Source: an uncultured Nitrososphaerota archaeon (GTDB taxonomy: Archaea; Thermoproteota; Nitrososphaeria; Nitrososphaerales; Gagatemarchaeaceae). From it: 64,000 bases of DNA. Below the pieces are notes generated by a model. That model was not told where the DNA came from and ran no database searches. It was given only the letters and a program-made list of their open reading frames with translations. Shown piece after piece: positions 38,481 to 47,281 of the stretch (position 1 is its first letter; every line of letters starts with the position of its first letter). Location of the stretch: NCBI GenBank assembly GCA_963718895.1, contig CAVRAG010000001.1:10265-74264 (forward strand), written 5' to 3'. A program made the position numbers and the translations under genes.

Positions 38481-39086
38481 TCAGCTCCCGGGTTTCTTGG
38501 CGGCCGGAGTCCCTACGATTAGGCCCGCACCAAGGATGACCGCGCCTACGACGGCTATCCCGACGCCAGCATAGTCAAGGCTCGTGTTAGGGCTCGTCTG
38601 CGATGTCTGAACGGTCGCACTCGTGGTACCGACGGCCGAGAACGAGGCGGGCGAGGCCGCGTTGTAGTATTCTGCATCTAGGACAAAGTAGTAGCTTCCC
38701 GCGGCCGGGGCTGACCACGTGAACGTGTACGAACCGGAGGAAGATAACGACTTGTTCAGCTCGTTCTGCCCGCCGCAGGGCGCGCAAGCCCCCCACGCTA
38801 TGAAAGCAGGTTCGTTCTGGATGTACACGAAGATCGGTCCCTTGGAGCTGCTATAGTTGGAGACCGTGACCGTGCCTGTTACCGACTCGCCAGGGGTTAG
38901 GCTGGCCGCTCCCATGGCCCAGAACCCGCTCGTCGAGATTACCCTGTTCGTGCTCGGGACCACCGCTGCGGTCGTACTGGTGGTCGTCGAGCTCGTCTGC
39001 GTCGTCGGCGTCGCCAGTCCGTAGGCGGCTATCGCAATCCCGACGACCAGGACCAGCAGCCCTGCAGCAATGATTGAGGTCTTCAC
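38481..39086 (-). CDS. Membrane-anchored beta-sandwich (GOLD-like) protein
   Basis: N- and C-terminal TMs; SGSYTFTWSAPAAGSYYFVLD; CAPC motif. Confidence 0.65.
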   Translation of the reverse strand: MKTSIIAAGLLVLVVGIAIAAYGLATPTTQTSSTTTSTTAAVVPSTNRVISTSGFWAMGAASLTPGESVTGTVTVSNYSSSKGPIFVYIQNEPAFIAWGACAPCGGQNELNKSLSSSGSYTFTWSAPAAGSYYFVLDAEYYNAASPASFSAVGTTSATVQTSQTSPNTSLDYAGVGIAVVGAVILGAGLIVGTPAAKKPGS

Positions 39087-40339
39087 GTTCTCTCCTCCGA
39101 ATCAGAGCGACCGCGAGAATTCCTGACCCCGAGTCCACCGCCGACGAGTACCGAACCCAGGATGACTGGAGCGGCGGAAGACGATGTGCTGCTTCCTGAC
39201 CCGGTGAAGCCCGGAATGGTGATGTTGAGCGTCGGGATGCTGTTGTCCGTGATGATCCCGCCCGTGTAGTTACCCAGCGCAGCCAGTGCACCCTTCAGGT
39301 ATGTTGTGTCGGTGAAGTACTGGGGGTTCAAGAAGAAATTGATCTCCTTTGGAGGGAGCAGGAAGTTCTCCGAGGCCGCGACGTTGCTGTAGGTGAGGCC
39401 ACCGTTAGGTTGCCACAGACCCATCGCGGCCCAAATCTTCCAGGCGGTCGCCGCTATCGTTGTGTTGGTGCCCGGGAACTCTTCGTTCTCCTTTGCGACC
39501 CAGACGGTCTCGTTCTGTGCCCATCTGTCAGCCAAGAGTACGGCCTCGGTCAGTTTGGTTATCACCTGTGGGTTGGATGTCGCGTACGCTCTGCTCGTGT
39601 AGAGCACGGAGAACATTATCGATGGGAATTCGGCGGGTATCGAGGCTAGTATGTGGTACTTGCCTGTTGCCACGGCGCTCACCACCTGGTACGGTTCCGC
39701 GATGTCACCCACGACCTTGCCAGCGATCAACGCGCTGTATCGGGACCCGCCCCCGCCGATTGGAGCGCAGTTGATCTGGCTGCCCGACAAGCCAGCCTGG
39801 GCCAAGAGGAGGTTACAGAACAGGTTAGAGGACGAACCTGGCCCAGAGGTAGCGATTGCCTGGCCGGAGAGTTGTGAGATGCTGGTGATCGAGTTGGGGA
39901 CTACGAGCGCATAGTCGTTGACGGCCTCGTAGTTTGCGAAGATCAGGAACGGATACGAGCCGCTGGAGTTCCCCTCCGCTTCATCCGCGAGCACCGTAGA
40001 CTGGAAACCGCTCTCGGCTACCTGGACGGAACCTGAGACCAGAGCTTCAGCAACGGTCGAATCGCCCTCGAAGTACTGGACGTTGACGTTCAGCCCGACC
40101 TGGTGAGCGAAGGTCTGCCAGAACATGAAGCCTGGCGTATCTGTGACGTCTGGGGGACCCGAGAAGCCGAAGGTTACGTTGGTAAGTGCCTGGCCACTAG
40201 TGGTGGTGACCGTGGTGGTGGTCGTTTTCGCAGCGTTACTTATCGCATACAGACCGCCGGCTGCAACTGCTACTACTATTATAACCGCGAAGACTATGGC
40301 AGTTAACCTCGCAAGTCCAGACCTTCGACTTGAATGCAA
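39083..40339 (-). CDS. SsuA/THI5-like ABC substrate-binding protein
   Basis: N-terminal anchor plus Thr linker; EALVSGSVQVA, LSGQAIATSGPGSSS, RYSALIAGKV. Confidence 0.85.
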   Translation of the reverse strand: MHSSRRSGLARLTAIVFAVIIVVAVAAGGLYAISNAAKTTTTTVTTTSGQALTNVTFGFSGPPDVTDTPGFMFWQTFAHQVGLNVNVQYFEGDSTVAEALVSGSVQVAESGFQSTVLADEAEGNSSGSYPFLIFANYEAVNDYALVVPNSITSISQLSGQAIATSGPGSSSNLFCNLLLAQAGLSGSQINCAPIGGGGSRYSALIAGKVVGDIAEPYQVVSAVATGKYHILASIPAEFPSIMFSVLYTSRAYATSNPQVITKLTEAVLLADRWAQNETVWVAKENEEFPGTNTTIAATAWKIWAAMGLWQPNGGLTYSNVAASENFLLPPKEINFFLNPQYFTDTTYLKGALAALGNYTGGIITDNSIPTLNITIPGFTGSGSSTSSSAAPVILGSVLVGGGLGVRNSRGRSDSEERT

Positions 40340-40424
40340 CCACGCGTATATCTCAAGCGAACTATTTAGGCATTGAGTTCGAGGCCCGTTTGTCTAATTT
40401 CATATGAAATACAGCGGCGATTCC

Positions 40425-41552
40425 ATGAGCGGCAAGGATACGGATTCCGCCTTCGTGATTGACTGGATAGCGAGGCTTTCGTCCAGACCTCGGCCAGCCG
40501 GATCCAGGGAATGTGCACGAGCGGCCAGGCTGGTACGTTCTTCCATCGAGAGCTCCGGATCATTCACAATCATCGAGGACCGTTTCGAGTTTCAGAAGTA
40601 CAACCCCAGTCGCTGGGGTCTCACGATCGACGGCAAAGAGCTAAGATGTCTGCCGGCCATTTGCTCCACCTCGACGCCGAGGTCAGGGTTGGTCGGAGAA
40701 CTGTGCAGGTCGGAGAGCGCGGATGTCCACGGGAAGATAGCGCTCGTGCAGATATCTTCAACTCACGAGTCTATCGTTGTGGAGGAGATGGCCGAGAGAG
40801 GGGCAATAGCAGCCCTGGTCTTTCAGAGGGGGAGGTTCTTGCTCTCGGGGCGCGTGAGGTATCCCTCTTCCTCGATTCCCTGTCTCATGATTCAGGGCGA
40901 AGTCGGTGAGGGACTGTGGAACGACTCGACTCGCAGACGACTGCAGGCCACGGTGACCTTGCGGGCGAATGCAGAAAAGGGCAACGGCACCAACGTCCTC
41001 GCTACGCCAAAGGGCGCAAGGTCGAGGGCACTCTACGTGGCGCATCGGGACTCGAGACCCTTCTCACAAGGCGCCATCGACAACGGGTCGGGCACATCTC
41101 TGATTCTCCTGTTGGCCAAAGTCATGGAGAATCAGTCATTCTCGCTCCTATCGACCGACGCCGAAGAATACGGCCTGGTTGGTGCCCGACACTTCGCCGC
41201 CAAGTACGCCCTAGGTACCGGAGTTTGCGTTGTCAACCTCGATTCACTTGGAGTGGGGGACCTTCACCTCATAGAGAACTCAAGATCTGGGCCGCTCTCC
41301 CCAGAACTCAATTCGAGAATCTCCTCCATAGCCAAGAGCGCCGGTGTAAAACTCCGCCGACTTTCGACCCCGAGGGGTTCCGACTCCGACGCATTCATCG
41401 AGCGGGGTTCTAGGGCGGCCTGGCTAAGGTCTTCTCCCACTCCGACGGCCACGACGGTCGACGACAGTGTGGAGCACATCAGCAGGCCGGCGATTCAGGA
41501 GTGCTGCCTGCTGCTGAGGCGACTGGCCGCCGAAGACCTCAGCGGCGCCTGA
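40425..41552 (+). CDS. M28 family peptidase with PA domain
   Basis: VAHRDS, GAIDNGSG, DAEEYGLVGA, VNLDSLG; the last His ligand appears absent. Confidence 0.8.
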   Translation: MSGKDTDSAFVIDWIARLSSRPRPAGSRECARAARLVRSSIESSGSFTIIEDRFEFQKYNPSRWGLTIDGKELRCLPAICSTSTPRSGLVGELCRSESADVHGKIALVQISSTHESIVVEEMAERGAIAALVFQRGRFLLSGRVRYPSSSIPCLMIQGEVGEGLWNDSTRRRLQATVTLRANAEKGNGTNVLATPKGARSRALYVAHRDSRPFSQGAIDNGSGTSLILLLAKVMENQSFSLLSTDAEEYGLVGARHFAAKYALGTGVCVVNLDSLGVGDLHLIENSRSGPLSPELNSRISSIAKSAGVKLRRLSTPRGSDSDAFIERGSRAAWLRSSPTPTATTVDDSVEHISRPAIQECCLLLRRLAAEDLSGA

Positions 41553-42936
41553 TCGGTCCAGCCTTCAGTGGGCGGACGAACTTGCCTGAGCCGGGCTTGC
41601 CCATGACCACGCCGTCGCGCATTATCACATCGCCGCGCCTAATGGTCATTATGGGTATCCCCTTCACAGTCCTCCCTTCGTATGGCGTCCAGCCGACCTT
41701 GGTGTAGACGTTCTCGCCCGTCAGCTTCTTTTCCTTCTTCATGTCAACGACTACGAGGTCCGCATCGGATCCCACTCTGATCGTCCCCTTCTTGGGATAG
41801 ACGCCGATGATCTTGGCAGGATTGGTCGAGGCCTCCCTAAGGAGCTGAGGGAGCGAGATCGTCCCCCTGTTCACCTCATTCAGGAAGACCGAGAGATAGT
41901 GCTCGAGCTGCGGACAACCGAACGGAGCTGCCCACGGGTCCTTTGCCATCGTCTCCTCGACCTCCTTCTTGGTGTGGGGGGCGTGATCGGTGGCGAGCAC
42001 GTCGACCGTGCCGGTTCTGAGCGCTTCCCAGACCGTCTCGACCCGGTGCTTCGAGAGGAGCCCGCCTGGAAGCACCAAAGGCCCGAGGCGACTGAACTCT
42101 TCGGTGGTCGTTATGAAGTACTTGGGGTCCGTCTGGGCGGTGATGTCGTAGCCATCTGCCTTGGCTTGCTTGACCAGCTCAATGGCTTGTTCGGAGTGGG
42201 TGTGGACGAGGTGGAGCCGGGCGCCAGTCCGCTTGGCCAGTTTCACTAGCGTAGAGACAGAGACGCCGTAGATCTCCTCTTCCACGTAGGCCTTTCCGAA
42301 GCTGACAAAGGGTTTTTCCTTCGGGTGCTTCTTCCGATGTTCAGCGTAGAAGACCTCGAAGAGGGACATGTCCGAGGGATGAACTAGGCAGGGCAGACCC
42401 GTCTTCTCGATCGCTACGAAGGTCTTGTAGAGCGTGCCGTGGTCCTCTATACAGATGCGGGGGTCGTGGGGATAGGCACCCCGGACCATGAATATCTTGA
42501 AACCCGCGGCTCCCGCCTTGGCGATCTTCCCTACCTCCGGGATCTTCGGGAAGACGAAGTGGTTAAAGTCGACAACCGACTTCTTCGCCGCGATCTTCTT
42601 CTTCGCCTCGAAGGTACTGAGGCTGTCAGTTGGGGGCTCGACGTTCGGCATGTCCACGAACATCGTGACGCCTCCGGCCGCGGCCGCCTTGGACCCGGTC
42701 TCAAAGTCCTCCTTGTACGTGTAGCCTGGATCCCTTATGTGAGCGTGCATGTCCACGATGCCCGGGATAACGATCTTCCCGGGGAACTTGAGCCTCTCCG
42801 AGGCCTGGAGCCTGTCCTTCGTCACAGCGGCGATGACGCCGTCGTTGATTCCCAGGTTCGCTTCCGTGAGGTCGCCGTCGAAGAAGACCTGAGCATCCTC
42901 AACCGTAAGGTCGTAAGAAGGCAAGTGCGTCCTCAT
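41539..42936 (-). CDS. Cyclic amidohydrolase (dihydroorotase/allantoinase family)
   Basis: DMHAHIRDPG, AGGVT..DMPN, FKIF, TDHAPH, NPAK..G.YPKKGTIRVGSDAD. Confidence 0.88.
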   Translation of the reverse strand: MRTHLPSYDLTVEDAQVFFDGDLTEANLGINDGVIAAVTKDRLQASERLKFPGKIVIPGIVDMHAHIRDPGYTYKEDFETGSKAAAAGGVTMFVDMPNVEPPTDSLSTFEAKKKIAAKKSVVDFNHFVFPKIPEVGKIAKAGAAGFKIFMVRGAYPHDPRICIEDHGTLYKTFVAIEKTGLPCLVHPSDMSLFEVFYAEHRKKHPKEKPFVSFGKAYVEEEIYGVSVSTLVKLAKRTGARLHLVHTHSEQAIELVKQAKADGYDITAQTDPKYFITTTEEFSRLGPLVLPGGLLSKHRVETVWEALRTGTVDVLATDHAPHTKKEVEETMAKDPWAAPFGCPQLEHYLSVFLNEVNRGTISLPQLLREASTNPAKIIGVYPKKGTIRVGSDADLVVVDMKKEKKLTGENVYTKVGWTPYEGRTVKGIPIMTIRRGDVIMRDGVVMGKPGSGKFVRPLKAGPIRRR

Positions 42937-43023
42937 CGACGTGGGATCTGAATATTAAACGGTTTGCACGGAACTGGACCTCGTCTGCGCGGATGAGATC
43001 CGGTCGAATCTTCTCGGCGAGTT

Positions 43024-44016
43024 CTACCGGAAGGAGGGCGCTACCTCAGACGCAAAGAGTTTCAACTGCGAGCTCAGGCTCTTCATGTCCCTGTAGATGA
43101 ATTTCAGCTCGAAAGCGTTCACCCCCGACCGGCGGTAATCCTCCACTCTCTGCACAACCTCCGACGGAGATCCGATCAGGGTGACGTCCTCCCCACCTCG
43201 GCCTATCGACTTCGCGTAGCTGGCAATCGTTGCGGCTGCGTTTCTGCGCGCCGCGCTCGAGTCCACGTCCAAGCTGACAAAGATCTCATTCCCGACAATG
43301 AAGTCGGATAACCGTCTTCCGTTCTTCTTTGCTATCGATTGTATTCGCTCAACCCCCTTGGCGACGCCGGCGGGAGTAATGTTCGCGGGAATCCACCCAT
43401 CTCCCAGCATTGCGGCTCTTCTCAGGGCTCTCCCCAGCCCCCCGACGACAATCGGGGGGTGAGGCAGCTGGACCGGCTTGGGGAAGACCTCGATCCCCGC
43501 GAAGTTGGCGTACTGGCCGGAGTAGCTGGAGAGGGGCTGGCGCTCGAAAACCGACAAGAGAGCCTTGAGGTAGTCGTCCGTAATCGCTCCCCTCTTTTCG
43601 AAGGGTACGCCCACCGCCTCGAACGTCTTGGCGACCAAAGGCGCGCCGGCTCCGACGCCAAGTATCAGCCTGCCGTTCGAGACTACGTCGAGGTTCATGA
43701 GTTGCTTCGCAAGGACGAGCGGATTCCGATAAGGCAGAACAATGACCGCCACTCCCAGCCGAATCGTGTTGGTCAGGCCGGCGAGATAGCTGAGCGTCGT
43801 TATCGACTCGAAGAAATTGGGTTCCCTGTCGGTGACAGCCTCAACAGACCCCGACGACACGTGATGGGAGTTTTGGTCCCGGCTCCAGACGATTTGGTCA
43901 TGGACCCAAAGAGCGTCGAACCCGAGGTCCTCGGACTCTCTGGCCGCCTGTTTGATGTTCTGCACGTCTGCGAAGGGTCCTGAAACCGGTACCCTGACGC
44001 CGAAGGAGGTCTTCAA
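43024..44016 (-). CDS. LLM-class flavin/F420-dependent oxidoreductase
   Basis: GFDALWVHD, IRLGVAVIVLPYRNP, SNGRLILGVGAG, PKPVQLPHPPI, RRAAMLGDGW. Confidence 0.9.
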   Translation of the reverse strand: MKTSFGVRVPVSGPFADVQNIKQAARESEDLGFDALWVHDQIVWSRDQNSHHVSSGSVEAVTDREPNFFESITTLSYLAGLTNTIRLGVAVIVLPYRNPLVLAKQLMNLDVVSNGRLILGVGAGAPLVAKTFEAVGVPFEKRGAITDDYLKALLSVFERQPLSSYSGQYANFAGIEVFPKPVQLPHPPIVVGGLGRALRRAAMLGDGWIPANITPAGVAKGVERIQSIAKKNGRRLSDFIVGNEIFVSLDVDSSAARRNAAATIASYAKSIGRGGEDVTLIGSPSEVVQRVEDYRRSGVNAFELKFIYRDMKSLSSQLKLFASEVAPSFR

Positions 44017-44019
44017 TGA

Positions 44020-44424
44020 CTAGATGCCCGCTATGACCTCTACTTCTATGAGTTGCTCTGGATTGAACCAGCCTGCGGTCACCAGGAAGGTGCGCGCAGG
44101 GGGGACCTTGAAGTAGCTGGAGTACACCTTGTTCATCGCTTCAAAGTACCTTATGTCCGTTACGTAGACCCACGTCTTCAGTATGTGCTCCATGTCGGTC
44201 CCCGCGGCCTCAAGCAGCGCCTTGATGTTGTCCAGAGCTTGTCTGGTCTGGCCCTCTATGCCCTCCGCCAGCTTTCCCGAGGAGTCGCGCCCGGGCTTCG
44301 CGGTGGTGAAGACGAGATTCCCGTACTTTATCGCGTTTGAGACGGGCGCGGGCGTGAGGGTCCCCGAGGCGTCCCTCTTTCCCGCCTCCGGCACCGAGTC
44401 AACCGTCACTCTCTCTTTGTCCAC
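44020..44424 (-). CDS. RidA/YjgF family protein
   Basis: QTRQALDNIKALLEAAG, MNKVYSSYF..PPART, IEVE. Confidence 0.92.
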   Translation of the reverse strand: MDKERVTVDSVPEAGKRDASGTLTPAPVSNAIKYGNLVFTTAKPGRDSSGKLAEGIEGQTRQALDNIKALLEAAGTDMEHILKTWVYVTDIRYFEAMNKVYSSYFKVPPARTFLVTAGWFNPEQLIEVEVIAGI

Positions 44425-44523
44425 AGCGAAATCGAGCTCGAATTTGCTAAATAAACGTTCGCGGTGCCCGCGAAGGTCCTCCTCGACTTCGCTGCCGGGA
44501 GGGTGGAGGGGCCGAGGCTGGCG

Positions 44524-46005
44524 CTATCTCGCGGAAAGCGTCGGGTGCTTCTGTGCCTCCGACCTGATCCACCTAGATGGATTGGCCGAGTAGTCCTCGT
44601 ATTCACCCTGGACATTGATCCCTGGGACCGAGGGTATCCAAACTTCTCTCAGCATCGTGGAGACCCCGAGCTTGGTCGCGAGGGCGCGCACGTCGGGGTC
44701 GTCCAGGGCAGTCAGGTGGCCTCTGTCGATCACCTTTAGAGTCTCACCGTCCTTCGTTCTCCCCTCGTAGGTCGCAAACATGTTGTGGAGGTGGACGTGA
44801 GTCCAGGGAAGGCCGGCCTTAATCAGTTGCGGAGCGGAATTATTGGAACCCCCGAACCCGTGATGCAGGTACCCCGCGCGCTTCCTGTCGTGCAGGAAGT
44901 TCGCAAAGTGGGTCATCGCGCCCTCGTCCCTAAGCCTGAACACCCCGGGAATCGTGCCGATAGCGCACTCCCAGTACCAGAAGAAGCCGGGTCGCTTGGT
45001 CCGAATCTTTGGGGCGTTATGTGAAGGAAGCTTCATTGCGGTTCTTATCGGATACTCCGGAAACACGACATCGCGGTACTTCTCAAGCTTCTCCCTCCAC
45101 GCGTCCCCGTACTCTCCTCCGCCTTCCACCTTCAGGATAAGGCCGTCTCTGACGTGTGCCCTGCAATTGGGGAAAGCGCCCAGGTGGTTCAGCGTACCCG
45201 CTATCACACCGGTACAATCTTCGGTGCCACCATATCCGAAGTTGATCGGCTTCCCGTACTCGTGGGCCAAAGCCATGGGCCGGCTGTCGTCGTAGTTCGT
45301 GAAAGATACATCCGTTCCCTCTGGGTCGGTGATCCTCACTTTCTCGCACCTGCGAATCGCCCTGTACACCTTCCTGTCTATGAGCGCTTGAAGCTCGAAT
45401 GGGAAATCAATCTGAGGACTCGAGAACTCTTCCCGACTTATGTACTCCATCCTCGCCCATCGGTACGGAACCCGCGGGAGAGGGCCGGCGGTGCCGCTCA
45501 CGACTAGGTCGTAGCCTTCAGCCTGGACCAACTGGGAGACGGCGCCTGGGTTGAGGAGATTGGTCATCATCGTGTAGACGACCTCCTTATCGCCGAGGGG
45601 CTCTATGCTCTCCGCCTCTAGGGTCGCTATTCTTTCTGGCGGCACAGTGGGCCTGGAATCAATCGTTAGGTGGTCGACCTTGGCGCCGGACAGCCTCATC
45701 GCCTCGACGTAGTTCTCGACGACGAGGGGATCGAACTCTGTCAACGTGATCACCAGAACCCGGTCTCCATCCTTTATGCCGTAGCGCGGAATGTGGGGTT
45801 GGTTCTCGAAGCCTTTGGACGCCGGCCTTGCCACTATCGACTTGATCCTACGCTTGAGTCCCGCTCTAGGTACGGGCCTGAACTTGGGATATCGGGGTGC
45901 CGGGTAGACCAGATGAATGGGCATGACCAGACTCGGAGGCTCGTGATAATAGGGATTGTCCCATCTAGGGCGGTTGAGAGGAAATGCCCTGAGAAACCGC
46001 GTCAA
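44524..46005 (-). CDS. Uncharacterised metalloenzyme, peptidase M29 / NicX-like fold
   Basis: VRITDPEGTDVSF, KVEGGG, ECAIGT, RAGYLHHGFG, HVHLH. Confidence 0.6.
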   Translation of the reverse strand: MTRFLRAFPLNRPRWDNPYYHEPPSLVMPIHLVYPAPRYPKFRPVPRAGLKRRIKSIVARPASKGFENQPHIPRYGIKDGDRVLVITLTEFDPLVVENYVEAMRLSGAKVDHLTIDSRPTVPPERIATLEAESIEPLGDKEVVYTMMTNLLNPGAVSQLVQAEGYDLVVSGTAGPLPRVPYRWARMEYISREEFSSPQIDFPFELQALIDRKVYRAIRRCEKVRITDPEGTDVSFTNYDDSRPMALAHEYGKPINFGYGGTEDCTGVIAGTLNHLGAFPNCRAHVRDGLILKVEGGGEYGDAWREKLEKYRDVVFPEYPIRTAMKLPSHNAPKIRTKRPGFFWYWECAIGTIPGVFRLRDEGAMTHFANFLHDRKRAGYLHHGFGGSNNSAPQLIKAGLPWTHVHLHNMFATYEGRTKDGETLKVIDRGHLTALDDPDVRALATKLGVSTMLREVWIPSVPGINVQGEYEDYSANPSRWIRSEAQKHPTLSAR

Positions 46006-46156
46006 TCGAGAGTGAAGACCAAAGAACCGGCTGTGTATCCACGCGCTGAAGAGGGTGAAGGGCCGCTACGAGGAAGGGGAGGCTGTTGTTGACGTCGTAG
46101 AGAGGAAAAGCGCCCAACCCTTATAGGCGAACCCGACGGCAAGGTCTTGACAGGAC

Positions 46157-46501
46157 ACGATCTCAGGAGCCCACGTGATCATCTACAGCAAGGACGCCGA
46201 GGCTGACCGAGACTTCTTTCGCAACGTCCTGAAGTTCCCTCACGTCGACGCGGGCGAAGGCTGGCTCATCTTCGCCCTACCCCCGTCGGAGTTGGCCGTC
46301 CATCCGGCGGGGGAGAACGGCTCTCACGAACTCTATCTGCTGTGCGATGAAATCAGGGCGACGGTCATGGCACTCAAGCAGAAGAAGGTCAAGTGCTCTG
46401 TGCCCGTGGAGCGAGACTGGGGGACGATAGCGATGATCACCCTACCCGGCGGAGGTAAGCTCGGTCTCTACAAGCCGAAGCATCCGCTTGCCCCCCACTG
46501 A
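46157..46501 (+). CDS. VOC (glyoxalase/extradiol dioxygenase) family protein
   Basis: ISGAHVIIYSKDAEADRDFFRNVL...ELAVHP...RDWG...LPGGGKLGLYKPKH. The apparent start is ACG at 46157 (track start GTG 46175). Confidence 0.88.
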   Translation, partial: TISGAHVIIYSKDAEADRDFFRNVLKFPHVDAGEGWLIFALPPSELAVHPAGENGSHELYLLCDEIRATVMALKQKKVKCSVPVERDWGTIAMITLPGGGKLGLYKPKHPLAPH

Positions 46502-46578
46502 GAGCCCCGACGCCTTTACCGGAGAACCCGGAGGACGCTTCCTAAGACTTTTAAGTCGCAGACCGTCCATTCTCCCAT

Positions 46579-46989
46579 TTGAGTTCAGAGTCTGAGAGCG
46601 GAGCAAGCACAGGGGTCGAGAAGGTATTCGAAGATTTCAACAAGTCCTGGATGACCTACTGGGATGCCTACGTCGACCTGCAGAATCAGCTCTATGAGAG
46701 CATCAAGACTGCAAGGGAGGTCTCGTGGCTGGCCGCGACCGACACCACCAAGATGAGCGCTATCAACTCCGTACAGCGCGAACTGTTCTCGACGATGCCC
46801 CGCAGGATGGACTACATGCCCCTCGGGCAGATCAGCCGCGACCTCGACAGCGCTGTGAGCAAGCTCGACGAGCTCGACAACGCCCTCTCGGTCGAGAAGG
46901 AGAAGTGCAAGCGCCTCGTGGAGGCGACCGACGTCCTCCAGGAGAAGGCGAGGAAGACGAAGGAAGAACTGCTCAGCGCGAAAAAGTAG
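46579..46989 (+). CDS. Hypothetical alpha-helical/coiled-coil protein
   Basis: Host-like codon usage; TTTTAAG TATA-like box about 25 bp upstream. Confidence 0.7.
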   Translation: MSSESESGASTGVEKVFEDFNKSWMTYWDAYVDLQNQLYESIKTAREVSWLAATDTTKMSAINSVQRELFSTMPRRMDYMPLGQISRDLDSAVSKLDELDNALSVEKEKCKRLVEATDVLQEKARKTKEELLSAKK

Positions 46990-47010
46990 ACCGCCCCTCC
47001 GCTGAACGGT

Positions 47011-47274
47011 CTAGGGGAGGCCAAGCCCTCCGATGTCAATCAAGACCTCTCTCTCGTTCTCCTCGGTCATCAGGCCTAGCTCGCGCATGAGGTCCTCGAC
47101 CTGTTGGCGCGTCTTCCCGTCGAGGCGTTCGAAGTGGGTCGACGAGGGGTCGACCCCGTTCTCGTGGGCGAGGTTAAGAGAGTACTTCTCGAAGGCCTCG
47201 GGCGTCATGCCGACGAGTTTGAGAAGCATGAACTCTCTTGGGAAGTCTTTGTAGCAGAGGTATACCGGTGTCAT
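47011..47274 (-). CDS. Small hypothetical protein, last gene of the mutase/ACAD operon
   Basis: ATG 7 bp after the ACAD stop; MTPVYLCYKDFPREFMLLKLVG... Confidence 0.65.
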   Translation of the reverse strand: MTPVYLCYKDFPREFMLLKLVGMTPEAFEKYSLNLAHENGVDPSSTHFERLDGKTRQQVEDLMRELGLMTEENEREVLIDIGGLGLP

Positions 47275-47281
47275 CCCACTC

